Assembly (NCBI GenBank): GCA_032718475.1
Contig: JAUCBJ010004121.1
Coordinates: 1-42,492 of the forward strand
Length of the DNA: 42,492 nt
Direction of reading: 5' to 3'
Origin: Nemertoderma westbladi
Taxonomy: Eukaryota > Animalia > Xenacoelomorpha
Made by a program: the position numbers and the translations under genes. Numbering within the stretch: position 1 is the stretch's first letter; each line of letters starts with the position of its first letter. The notes beneath the pieces are model-generated. The model did no database searches. It was not told where the DNA came from and saw nothing but the letters and a program-made list of their open reading frames with translations. Below, piece by piece: positions 14,001 to 24,425 of this stretch.

Positions 14001-14925
14001 ACTTTAGTGTGAAGGATATCTGGACTTTAGTGTGAAGGATATCTGGACTTTAGTGTGAAGGATATCTGGACTTTAGTGTGAAGGATATCTGGACTTTAGT
14101 GTGAAGGATATCTGGACTTTAGTGTGAAGGATATCTGGACTTTAGTGTGAAGGATATCTGGACTTTAGTGTGAGGCATATCTGGACTTCAGTGTGAAGGA
14201 TATCTGGACTTTAGTGTGAAGGATATCTGGACTTTAGTGTGAAGGATATCTGGACTTTAGTGTGAAGGATATCTGGACTTTAGTGTGAAGGATATCTGGA
14301 CTTTAGTGTGAAGGATATCTGGACTTTAGTGTGAAGGATATCTGGACTTTAGTGTAAAGGATATCTGCACTTGAGTGTGAAGGATATCTGGACTTTAGTG
14401 TGAAGGATATCTGGACTTTAGTGTGAAGGATATCTGGACTTTAGTGTGAAGGATATCTAGACTTTAGTGTGAAGGATATCTGGACTTTAGTGTGAAGGAT
14501 AGGATATCTGGACTTTAGTGTGAAGGATAGAATATCTGGACTTTAGTGTGAAGGATAGGGTATCTGGACTTTAGTGTGAAGGATATCTGGACTTTAGTGT
14601 GAAGGATATCTGGACTTTAGTGTGAAGGATATCTGGACTTTAGTGTGAAGGATATCTGGACTTTAGTGTGAAGGATATCTGGACTTTAGTGTGAAGGATA
14701 TCTGGACTTTAGTGTGAAGGATATCTGGACTTTAGTGTGAGGGATATCTGGACTTCAGTGTGAAGGATATCTGGACTTTAGTGTGAAGGATATCTGGACT
14801 TTAGTGTGAAGGATATCTGGACTTTAGTGTGAAGGATATCTGGACTTTAGTGTGAAGGATATCTGGACTTTAGTGTGAAGGATATCTGGACTTTAGTGTG
14901 AAGGATATCTGGACTTTAGTGTGAA
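11057..14925. repeat. 23-bp satellite (~165 units) with higher-order structure
   Basis: Unit ggatatctggactttagtgtgaa. Recurring 28-bp variants (ggatagg/ggataga insertions) and tgcacttga/tgcatttga variants. Confidence 0.98.
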
Positions 14926-14928
14926 GAG

Positions 14929-15493
14929 CTCCCACCGGTGCACAATAACGCAGTGGTGGGAGCCCTACACTGTACCAGGGCTCCCACCGGTGCACAATAA
15001 CGCAGTGGTGGGAGCCCTACACTGTACCAGGGCTCCCACCGGTGCACAATAACGCAGTGGTGGGAGCCCTACACTGTACCAGGGCTCCCATTGGTGCACA
15101 ATAACGCAGTGGTGGGAGCCCTGCACTGTACCAGGGCTCCCACCGGTGCACAATAACGCAGTGGTGGGAGCCCTACACTGTACCAGGGCTCCCACCGGTG
15201 CACAATAACGCAGTGGTGGGAGCCCTACACTGTACCAGGGCTCCCACCGGTGCACAATAACGCAGTGGTGGGAGCCCTACACTGTACCAGGGCTCCCACC
15301 AGTGCACAATAACGCAGTGGTGGGAGCCCTACACTGTACCAGGGCTCCCACCGGTGCACAATAACGCAGTGGTGGGAGCCCTACACTGTACCAGGGCTCC
15401 CACCGGTGCACAATAACGCAGTGGTGGGAGCCCTACACTGTACCAGGGCTCCCACCGGTGCACAATAACGCAGTGGTGGGAGCCCTACACTGT
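14929..15493. repeat. 52-bp hairpin-containing tandem repeat (~11 units)
   Basis: Unit ctcccaccggtgcacaataacgcagtggtgggagccctacactgtaccaggg. It contains the inverted pair gggctcccacc / ggtgggagccc. Confidence 0.97.
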
Positions 15494-15958
15494 ATATCTA
15501 AGAGTAGACTCGATTAAAACTGTTTTTTGTATGTTTAAGCATTACATCGTTCCTCCATATTCTAAAAATTGTGTTAAAATAACTTACCTATCAATGAGTT
15601 TTATAATATAAATTTCGCCCCTGTATTTCAAATTTTAAATGATTAATGCATATTACTGGCAGTTCCCATAGTGGGGTATTAGATAAATAGAAAAATATTC
15701 CTATTACTAACAGGGCTGGCATTACAGGGTGGATCGTATCTTTAAATATTCTGTTACAGGCTTGGGACTGCTCATTACAGGTGGGACATTCAGTTTACCC
15801 TAATTATATCCTCACAGTTTGATCTAACATCTTGTTAATGGTAAAAATCGAATTCTCCATTAAAAATGATTTCAGAATATATTATATGGTTTTACATAGT
15901 TTTGATGAAGTTTAAATTTCATGAAAATAGCAATTCTATTTGGCCACTTTTGGTGAGA

Positions 15959-16938
15959 ATGACCCTCCAGTATGTAGCACTACTAGATGACCCTCCAGTA
16001 TGTAGCACTACTAGATGACCCTCCAGTATGTAGCACTACTAGATGACCCTCCAGTATGTAGCACTACTAGATGACCCTCCAGTATGTAGCACTACTAGAT
16101 GACCCTCCAGTATGTAGCACTACTAGATGACCCTCCAGTATGTAGCACTACTAGATGACCCTCCAGTATGTAGCACTACTAGATGACCATCCAGTATGTA
16201 GCACTACTAGATGACCCTCCAATATGTAGCACTACTAGATGACCCTCCAGTATGTAGCACTACTAGATGACCCTCCAGTATGTAGCACTACTAGATGACC
16301 CTCCAGTATGTAGCACTACTAGATGACCCTCCAGTATGTAGCACCACTAGATGACCCTCCAGTATGTAGCACTACTAGATGACCCTCCAGTATGTAGCAC
16401 TACTAGATGACCCTCCAGTATGTAGCACTACTAGATGACCCTCCAGTATGTAGCACTACTAGATGACCCTCCAGTATGTAGCACTACTAGATGACCCTCC
16501 AGTATGTAGCACTACTAGATGACCCTCCAGTATGTAGCACTACTAGATGACCCTCCAGTATGTAGCACTACTACATGACCCTCCAGTATGTAGCACTACT
16601 AGATGACCCTCCAGTATGTAGCACTACTAGATGACCCTCCAGTATGTAGCACTACTAGATGACCCTCCAGTATGTAGCACTACTAGATGACCCTCCAGTA
16701 TGTAGCACTACTAGATGACCATCCAGTATGTAGCACTACTAGATGACCCTCCAGTATGTAGCACTACTAGATGACCCTCCAGTATGTAGCACTACTAGAT
16801 GACCCTCCAGTATGTAGCACTACTAGATGACCATCCAGTATGTAGCACTACTAGATGACCCTCCAGTATGTAGCACTATTAGATGACCCTCCAGTATGTA
16901 GCACTACTAGATGACCCTCCAGTATGTAGCACTACTAG
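15959..16938. repeat. 28-bp minisatellite (35 units) at the transposon/host junction
   Basis: Unit atgaccctccagtatgtagcactactag, nearly homogeneous. Confidence 0.98.
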
Positions 16939-16961
16939 CTATGTTATCATGGTTAACGCAA

Positions 16962-19900
16962 TTATTGTGTAGCACTACTAGCTATAGAGGAACTGATGTC
17001 CTCCAAACTCCCTCCCCTAAAATGCGACCACAACTTTTTCAACCTTGATAGAAACCGCTTGAGTTCTGCCTCAGAATAGAAACATATATGCAACGTTACG
17101 TCATTGGTTACTATAGGAACAGGGGACAGTCTGTCGTCACAAGTGAAGTACTCCTTGGACGTATCTATTGATAAATCGTCGGTATAATTGTAAATAACTA
17201 CGGATAATTCGGTCGCGGACTGAACATCTATGGATTCTATACAGGAGATGTTGTAAGATATGTCTACGGCGAAATGTCTAGACTCTGGAGGGGCCATGGC
17301 ATAACTAGGCAACGGGTAGGACACAAAGTCCTCCTTAATGACGGCGATGGTCTCGCTGGTTAGTACGACGGTGCGTATTACGTATTGGGATGGTCGGTCT
17401 CCACCGGAGAGTCTGTCTAGTTTGGTAATGTGGTAGGATAGAATCCGGACAGGTTCGGAGACTGGGTATCCGAGACTTTCTGTGATCGAGAAGGAAAGTT
17501 CGTAGACACTGTCGTCGGTGGGGTTGGTGAAGGTAAGGGGTTCGGTGTGAACGTGTTCCGATACAGATGGGTGAACGCATTCAGTGAATCTAGAGTGAGT
17601 GCGTTCAGTGTTCGGGGAGTGGGTGAATTCAGTGTACGGGGAGTGAGTGCGTTCAGTGTACGGGGAGTGAGTGAATTCAGTGCTTGGGGAGTGAGTGCGT
17701 TCAGTGTACAGGGAGTGAGTGCGTTCAATGTTCGGGGAGTGAGTGCGTTCAGTGAGTGGACTTCCCAATGGTTCGCTGTACGAACCCCCATATGGATCGC
17801 TACTCACTAAAGAAACAGCAGACAGTTGGTCCCACAGACTATCACTACCTTGATGCAACGGACTGGCAGTTGTCGAGGACTCCGGTAATTCGCTGTTACC
17901 TAGCAACCCTTTAAGCGCGCCAATCAGGGCCTGAGTTCGCGATGCGTCGCAGAGCAAACAGGAGAGAGTTGTATCGGGCCCATCAGAGACAATCCGCACA
18001 GATTGGTCGAAGAGACCTGCCCCGACTCGACGCACATCCCCTAACGAGATAGTCTGGAACACTCGCAGATGGTCTATGGGAAACTCCCCGCTGGGGGTGT
18101 TAGGGTCAGGGGAATCGGTTCTCTTGACGATCGGAAGGTTGGCAGATAGAAATAGTTTGTCGCTGATAAAATATAAGTTACTGCTGGAGAGACAAACGAA
18201 AGTGGGAATCTTTAGGAGAGGATGTTTAAAAGGGACGACGAAACACCAGGTGATAAACACTAGCAGCTCATTGGCTGGTTTAGTTAGACTCCCAACAGAG
18301 CCACTAAGGTGGTCGGGGTGTCCCACGAGATTAGCGGGTACCTTTATGTGTCTGTTGAACGTCTCCACTATCTCCCAGCTCTGCATGGCTGCGAGCGCGC
18401 GCAGCGATCGCATCGCCGTTAGGAAGTAGTCGGCATTCGCGTTGGCAGTGCTGATCCGTTCCAACAGCTGCATAGACGGTTTCTGTGTTGGTTTCCTACC
18501 GGTAGATGGCGCTAACAACCGGGAGCTGCCGGTGGATTTAACCCGTCGATGGGTGCGGACTGGCCGGCCCACAACCGGGTTGCTTTTACTTTCTTCAACT
18601 AAATTTTTTGTTTTTATTGAACTGCCGATGGAATTAGCCCTGGTCTGCGGTTCTGGGAGCTCCGCTATTCCATTGGTAATTTCACTGTCCTTAGTTCCCA
18701 CGGTTACCAGACTGTCTCTAGTTCCCACGGTTACCAGACTGTCTCTAGTTCCCACAGTTACCGGACTCTCTCTAGTTCCCACGGTTACCAGACTGTCTCT
18801 AGCTCCCACAGTTACCGGACTGTCTCTAGTTCCCACAGTTACCGGACTGTCTCTAGTTCCCGGGGTTACCAGACTGTCTCTAGTTCCCACGGTTACCAGA
18901 CTGTCTCTAGTTCCCACAGTTACCGGACTGTCTCTAGTTCCCACAGTTACTGGACTCTCTCTAGTTGCCATGGTTACCGGACTATCACTACAGACACCTG
19001 TTGGTGTGTTCCTACCAGAGTCTACAACTGCCCCGCCACCACACACCCCAACCTCTACCCGGGGTGTACTGGCACTCTCGCTGGAATCCACTCCATTACT
19101 TCCATCCACATTCACCTCAATTATTTTATCATCTCCCAGCCCCCCTTCCTTCCCCCTTCGACCCCCTATCTTCCCTCGCTTACCTTCCCCCCGCCCTCCA
19201 CTTCCACCCCGCACCCCCTGCCCACTCGACCTCATCCGACTCATAAACTTTATCAATCTCCGCATTAACTCCTCGTCACTATTCTCTATCATATAAAGAG
19301 CTTCAAGTTTAGCGATTCGCGCCAAGCAGAATTCCCAGTCCCTCGGGGTGTTGACCTTGGTTGCTAGGAGACCAGCGACTACGGACAGTCTCCTAGGCAA
19401 CTCAGACAGACCACTGAGCTCCGAGTAGCGGCTGTGTAGCAGACCGAGCCACTGGATTGATTGTCGATCCTGGGGAGGGGACCGACATACAGACAAGAGG
19501 ACTTTACGGACGGTGTTGAACTGGTGGGTATCGGGTTCGGTTGAACTCGGGAGACTCATAGAATCGGATGGATCCCGCGGACTCGTCTGGAACTCGTTGA
19601 AGAGTTTTAGCCACTCGTCGCCACCCTGCGAGCGGATCGTGTCAACGTTGGTTCGGTAGTCAATCGGGGATGATGAGCTGAGTTCCTGGACCTCGGGGGT
19701 TTTGGGGGCAGGACAGGGGGCAGGGAGGGGGGCCGTGGGAGTTGCCGAAACCACCGCTGGCGCCCCCACTGTCTCCCCCACCGCTCCCACTCGCACCACC
19801 GCCGCACTGTGCCGCTTCCCCTGCTGGGATGGCCGCCGCACCGCTGTCCGTCCCGTTTGCAACGCTGTTAGAACCGCGACCTTATCTGCCTCCTTCCCGG

Positions 19901-21164
19901 AAGCCGCAACTCCATCCAGGAGAACACCGCGCCCAGACCCGAACACCTCCAGCACCCGCAGACGGTACTCGGGGGTCGCCTCGCACAACGGGTTGCCCAT
20001 CAACCAGACGCCGTCAAGCAGCGGGAGTCGGGACAGATGAGCGATTTCTACAACATCCGGGAGGAGGTTGCTAGAGAGATCGAGATAAACTATGGAATAA
20101 AGACGAGATAAACCCTGGAGAGAGACGAGGAGGTTGTTTGAGAGGTTGATGGAGCTGATGTTACCCAACTTACTGTGTAAGTTAGATACATCGTCAATGC
20201 GGTTGTGCGAGACGTTTAGAGTTGTTAAGTTGGAAAGATTCTGGAGGTTATCGAGATTGCGAAGTTTGTTGTGTTGGAGATCGAGGTGGGAGAGCGAGTT
20301 GAAGCAATGAGAGCCAATAGGGTGGATAGATGTTAGAGAGTTGTTGGATAGGTCGAGGTGAGTTAGGGAGTCCCAGACGCTGGGTTGGCAGTTAGTGGTA
20401 AGAATAGAAGAACGGAAGAGTTCGGAGATACAGGAGATACTGTGGGAGACCTTAAGGATCTCAAGAGTTAGGGATGTGGAGTAAAGATTGGTTAGTGTGG
20501 AAGGAGGGCAGTGCTGGAAGAAAGCTTGGGTAACGGACTTCATTAAGGAGAGATCGAATGGAAGGTCGGACGCTGATAGGTTGCTAGTGCCGACCTTACC
20601 CGGACACCCGAGTATTCGGACACGTCGGATTCTGGACAACAAGTCCAGAATATGTCCGACGTCCATCTTAGCGTTACGGCGGTCTCCATAACTGGGTTTC
20701 TCTAGACCAATTCGTCTAGTGACCGCGTGTAGGTGTAACGGATTAGTTGTAAACACATCATCTCTCGCTAATATTGTATCTCCAGTCTCGAACAGAGTCT
20801 CGGCTAGATACTCTACGAGACTATTAATTTCGTAGCGATGGAACTCCAAGAACACTCTGAGTATTATGGGTAGACTGCGTAGCAAGCGGAGCACAGTCTG
20901 CAGGTAGGACTCGAGTTCCCGTTGTCTGCGCTCCAGGAAGGCGCGACTACGGAATCCTTTAGGAGGTAACGATGGACGACTGATTCCGTGCAGAGCCACT
21001 AACTGCTCGTGAAGACCCTCGAAGTGGCTGTAGCGATGTTGGACTACCCAGGTAACGGAACCTACAGTTACTTCTATCAGATAAGAGGTGTGGTTATCTT
21101 GCTGATGAGTTCCAATGATTCGTACCATCCCACAATCCAACCAGTTCCCAGTAAATAACGCCAT
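16962..21164 (-). CDS. NISCH: Nischarin/IRAS-like protein (N-terminal PX domain, leucine-rich repeats, conserved C-terminal region), single 1400-aa ORF
   Basis: PX motifs Y.IEV..G..TW.V.HRYS.F..LH..L, LPPK and FLERRQRELESYLQ. Nischarin-like linker (GTSNL...LPFDLS). LRRs LDLSNNSL, LDLQHNKL, LNVSHNRI, LSNNLL, LDLSSNLL with a LMGNP...YR cap. C-terminal GLFDQSVRI and EDFVSYPLP motifs. Confidence 0.88.
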   Translation of the reverse strand: MALFTGNWLDCGMVRIIGTHQQDNHTSYLIEVTVGSVTWVVQHRYSHFEGLHEQLVALHGISRPSLPPKGFRSRAFLERRQRELESYLQTVLRLLRSLPIILRVFLEFHRYEINSLVEYLAETLFETGDTILARDDVFTTNPLHLHAVTRRIGLEKPSYGDRRNAKMDVGHILDLLSRIRRVRILGCPGKVGTSNLSASDLPFDLSLMKSVTQAFFQHCPPSTLTNLYSTSLTLEILKVSHSISCISELFRSSILTTNCQPSVWDSLTHLDLSNNSLTSIHPIGSHCFNSLSHLDLQHNKLRNLDNLQNLSNLTTLNVSHNRIDDVSNLHSKLGNISSINLSNNLLVSLQGLSRLYSIVYLDLSSNLLPDVVEIAHLSRLPLLDGVWLMGNPLCEATPEYRLRVLEVFGSGRGVLLDGVAASGKEADKVAVLTALQTGRTAVRRPSQQGKRHSAAVVRVGAVGETVGAPAVVSATPTAPLPAPCPAPKTPEVQELSSSSPIDYRTNVDTIRSQGGDEWLKLFNEFQTSPRDPSDSMSLPSSTEPDTHQFNTVRKVLLSVCRSPPQDRQSIQWLGLLHSRYSELSGLSELPRRLSVVAGLLATKVNTPRDWEFCLARIAKLEALYMIENSDEELMRRLIKFMSRMRSSGQGVRGGSGGRGEGKRGKIGGRRGKEGGLGDDKIIEVNVDGSNGVDSSESASTPRVEVGVCGGGAVVDSGRNTPTGVCSDSPVTMATRESPVTVGTRDSPVTVGTRDSLVTVGTRDSLVTPGTRDSPVTVGTRDSPVTVGARDSLVTVGTRESPVTVGTRDSLVTVGTRDSLVTVGTKDSEITNGIAELPEPQTRANSIGSSIKTKNLVEESKSNPVVGRPVRTHRRVKSTGSSRLLAPSTGRKPTQKPSMQLLERISTANANADYFLTAMRSLRALAAMQSWEIVETFNRHIKVPANLVGHPDHLSGSVGSLTKPANELLVFITWCFVVPFKHPLLKIPTFVCLSSSNLYFISDKLFLSANLPIVKRTDSPDPNTPSGEFPIDHLRVFQTISLGDVRRVGAGLFDQSVRIVSDGPDTTLSCLLCDASRTQALIGALKGLLGNSELPESSTTASPLHQGSDSLWDQLSAVSLVSSDPYGGSYSEPLGSPLTERTHSPNIERTHSLYTERTHSPSTEFTHSPYTERTHSPYTEFTHSPNTERTHSRFTECVHPSVSEHVHTEPLTFTNPTDDSVYELSFSITESLGYPVSEPVRILSYHITKLDRLSGGDRPSQYVIRTVVLTSETIAVIKEDFVSYPLPSYAMAPPESRHFAVDISYNISCIESIDVQSATELSVVIYNYTDDLSIDTSKEYFTCDDRLSPVPIVTNDVTLHICFYSEAELKRFLSRLKKLWSHFRGGSLEDISSSIASSATQ
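17570..17760 (-). repeat. Coding 24-bp repeat (xTERTHSP, ~7-8 units) in the nischarin-like CDS
   Basis: Protein LTERTHSP NIERTHSL YTERTHSP STEFTHSP YTERTHSP YTEFTHSP NTERTHSR. Confidence 0.92.
18686..18985 (-). repeat. Coding 27-bp repeat (SPVTVGTRD, 11 units) in the nischarin-like CDS
   Basis: DNA unit gttcccacggttaccagactgtctcta, giving a 9-aa repeat in the protein. Confidence 0.94.
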
Positions 21165-21429
21165 TAGTTTGAATTGTATAATTGAATAGGGCCTTTGGGA
21201 ATATTTTATTATAGCTACCGACAGACCGGTATAAGCCTAGTTTATAAAATGTTAGTAGGACTACAGTAGTACAGTAGTATTCTGCGATTATTGTCAGATT
21301 GTACCGGTAGGGCCCACCTACTGTGGTAATCCGGATAGATCTCAGAATCTGTACATGAGTGCATGAAGTGAAGACATGGGTCTATGACATTTACTGCACA
21401 GCCAGGTTGGAATTTATGTAGAGTTTGCT

Positions 21430-22230
21430 CAACATGTGTGGCGCGCATTAAGGATCCTGGCGCGGAGCAACAGGGTCGTGTGGCGCGCAGGGAGGATCCT
21501 GGCGCACATATGGATGTCATGTAACAGTAGCAATGCACTGGCATGTGGCAACATATCCACTCTACTTGAAAGTATATCAGAATGTTTAAAAAGAGTTACA
21601 AATTTTCGCTCGCTTCGCTAGCGTCTGAGCGTTTTGAATTATATCCTACTCCTGTACTCATATCCATTATTTCAATATCCCTATTAGGCTACTGTGTCTG
21701 TCAGTCTGTTTATTACCTACATGAGTTGTTTCAATTGTTCAAACCAATATAAAACCATATTCTCATGCTCGCTACGCTCTCAATTTAATCCATAATCACA
21801 TTCTATATTTAAAAACAGTTGCTTGGCCTACCAACCCACTATAAATGTTAAAATTTTCTTGATCGCTACGCTCGCAATTTAATCACATCTGTATTTAAAA
21901 ACAGTCGGTTTACCTACTGACCTACTAGCTGACTAACAGACAAATACTGTATTAATCTTAATATTTCTGCAAAATTTATATGCTCGTTACGTTCGCCTTA
22001 TATTCCAATAATGTAGGTCTGCTGCAGTATAAACTGATAAATTATTACAATATAATCTGATAATACAGTACTTAATACAGTCAGACAGTACCGGTACCTA
22101 ATAATTGCAAAAATTCTTGGTGAATGGTTGGCGCGCATTGAATGTCATGCAGTTATGGCTGGCGCGCTTTTCGTTTTACCAGAACCCGGGTGGCGCGCTT
22201 TTTGTCAATATTCTGATACAGGCCTGATAG
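21430..22230. mobile_element. Possible degenerate non-autonomous DNA element (repeated tggcgcgc and ctcgctacgctcgc motifs)
   Basis: tggcgcgc occurs at ~21438, 21481, 22129, 22160 and 22191. ctcgct(a/t)cgct-like motifs occur at ~21608, 21768, 21863 and 21983. No convincing TIR pair found. Confidence 0.3.
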
Positions 22231-23294
22231 GCTGACAGTGACAATGCAGCAATGACAAACAACTTGTCGTGACGCCATCATTCAGTCATTGGTAGGCCTA
22301 ATGTGCACTATCAGGCAGTCAGGTACTGACAAGCAGACAAGCAGACAAGCCATTTTTTTGCTCCAAAAAAGGCCTCTGTGGGAAAAGATTTTAAGTACTT
22401 AGGCCTACTGTAGTACTACTGTAATTACGGTACCGGTACTAATAATTTTGTTACGGTCCGAGTAAATACCGAACTTTACCCTGTTACCCAACTTCACCCA
22501 ACTTTACCCAATACCACTCAACTTTACCCAATCGAATACCCAACTTCCATACTTCCCAGTAGTGGCGCTGTGTTCTGGCTTGCAGTACGTGCAGTAGGCC
22601 TACTGTACTACAGTCAGACAGTTCTGCTCTCTGCTGTACTGTGTAGAATAGCATAATGAAAGTTGTTGTAAGGTAGGCCTATTTTACAGTACCGGTCTGC
22701 CGGTAATTAAACGCAAACCCAGAAAGCTACAAAGAGTAAGCAGGTAGGCAGGCTAAGCTGCTAAGTGTGATATGTAGGCCAATGTAACTGTATAACAGTG
22801 TAGTGTAAGCATGAAGGCCGTAGCCTACAGCTGTTGTTTTGTTAGCAGACAGTGCAGTGCAGCAGTGTTTGTTAGATTTATTGATATAGGCCTAGTCAGA
22901 CAGTGATAGAGTATCCAATGCTGCAATGTGCATTTGTGTTCAGTGTAAGGCTCATCTCCTGCTCTACTGTATGTTGGGCTACTGTAAATTCCAATAATAA
23001 ATGATAAGTCGGGCGACTTTTAATGCAGTAGGTATGACCATTGGTTTAATGTATACGTTTTGTATAAATTTATGGTTGTGATGAGCTCTTGACAGCTTGA
23101 TGCTTTTGTTGTCGAATTTTGGCATATGTGTTATACTGTACATATGTACAGTAGGTTCATTACATTCAGTAGTAGGGTGATCCTGATCCATTCGCAGTGA
23201 TACAGTACTGCTGTACTGTAAATTATACTACAACCGCTACACTGTAGGCCTTCATTTATGTATAGTAAAGTAATAGTAGGCTTATTGTCTAAAA

Positions 23295-24055
23295 ATGCCT
23301 TTTAAAACTAAATCTTCTGCTCCTTTAAGTCGTTATCGTTTTCCATGTGGGAATTGTGGAAATAATTGTTCAACTAATACGATATTATGTGGGGCATGTA
23401 ACAAATGGTTCCATGCCCAATGTCAAGAAATAAGTGGTGATCTCTTAAAACAGTTGGACGACATGCCATTTGATTTCCTTTGTAATGATTGCACTTACAA
23501 CATTGATGGTGATTTTAATTGGATATCATGCATGGAACGAATAGGAAGTTGTACGCCTGACAAGGATGTATTAAAACAGAGAATACTTATGGAAACTATT
23601 CTACACCGTAATGATAATGACCCATTACATGCTAATAATTGTGCGAATGTAAACGTTGTTAGATTTCACCCCGATAAGAATGATGAAGATAAGTTTGCTA
23701 CTAAACTTTTGAGGCGTGTAGGATCGCAGTTAAAATTAACACCTATGTTTTAGTAACAGGAGATGGTAACTGTTTATTTAATGCTATTTCAATGGCTCTA
23801 TGCGGTGATGAGTCGCGTTATACTATGCTAAGGGTAAAAACTACTATTGAAATGGTCTCCGAATATGATTACTACAAAATTGAAAATCATAATAGTAATA
23901 TGTATCTCGACACAGTCTCAGATAGCCTAGATAAATCTTTGCAACTTTGTGCTCAGAATGGTACATTTTGTAATTCATGGATGGTATTTGCAGCAGCAAC
24001 AGTTGTTGGATTAGTTATTCGGTCCGTATATCCACCAATTAATGGACTGTTGGAT
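23295..24055 (+). pseudogene. PHD finger + vertnin/OTU-like cysteine-protease-fold gene fragment (probably transposon-borne), frameshifted and truncated
   Basis: PHD: CGNC..C......ILCGACNKWFHAQC...FLCNDC. A frameshift near 23750 leads into VTGDGNCLFNAISMALCGDE....LRVKT..EM and later I.SVYPPING, which is vertnin/OTU-like. It is cut at ~24055 by an RT fragment. Confidence 0.7.
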
Positions 24056-24405
24056 CGAGGAAGCCGACCTCATCAGCCATCGCCCTACATAGGAAATGGG
24101 CAGCAGAAACTGTGTAGGAAGCTGTGGACTCGACAGCAGGGTTCCGAACGCCAAGTCCACCACTTTGCGGGGAGAGGCTGAATAGCTGGCGTTCAGAGGT
24201 GGTGATTGTGGAGCCTCCAACAACTGCAGGTAGGAATCTATCACTGATAGTATTTTCTAATGCAGTAAATTCGCCTCCAGAATCCGGGGTAACATGCTGA
24301 GGTAGGCCCACTCGCAATGAAGCATGCCGTCCATGGAGAGAGCATCCTGGGATTCGGACTCTGCCACATCTGCCAATTTATCAACTGCATCAACCCATGC
24401 TGCAA
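24056..24405 (-). mobile_element. Fragment of a CRE-like non-LTR retrotransposon RT (thumb region)
   Basis: Minus-strand translation gives AWVDAVDKLADVAESESQDA...F..LE..I...FLPAVVG.....ERQLFSLSPQSGGLGVRNP. This is the LPxxxGGLG motif context typical of RLE-type (CRE/R2-group) elements. Confidence 0.65.
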
Positions 24406-24425
24406 CCGGCATTACTATAGTAATA

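Larger units (their letters stand above)
8444..15965 (+). mobile_element. Degenerate Sola2-like DNA transposon (TIRs, 4-bp TSD, transposase remnant) with nested insertions
   Basis: Left end (c)ggtcattctcaccaaaattggccaa at 8444 matches the reverse complement of the right end ttggccacttttggtgagaatgaccc ending at 15965. The ends are flanked by TCCA at 8440-8443 and 15966-15969. The sub-terminal motif cctgtaat occurs on the left (~8874, 9181, 9246) and inverted as attacagg on the right (~15721, 15774). A GRG terminus and 4-bp TSD fit Sola2. Confidence 0.8.

Noticed and set aside
11057-16938. CRISPR-like appearance of the 23-, 52- and 28-bp arrays
   Set aside because: These are head-to-tail repeats with no unique spacers and no cas genes, in a eukaryotic context.
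17335-20691. Overlapping alternative-frame and antisense ORFs within the nischarin-like CDS
   Set aside because: Shadow ORFs of GC-rich, repetitive coding sequence.
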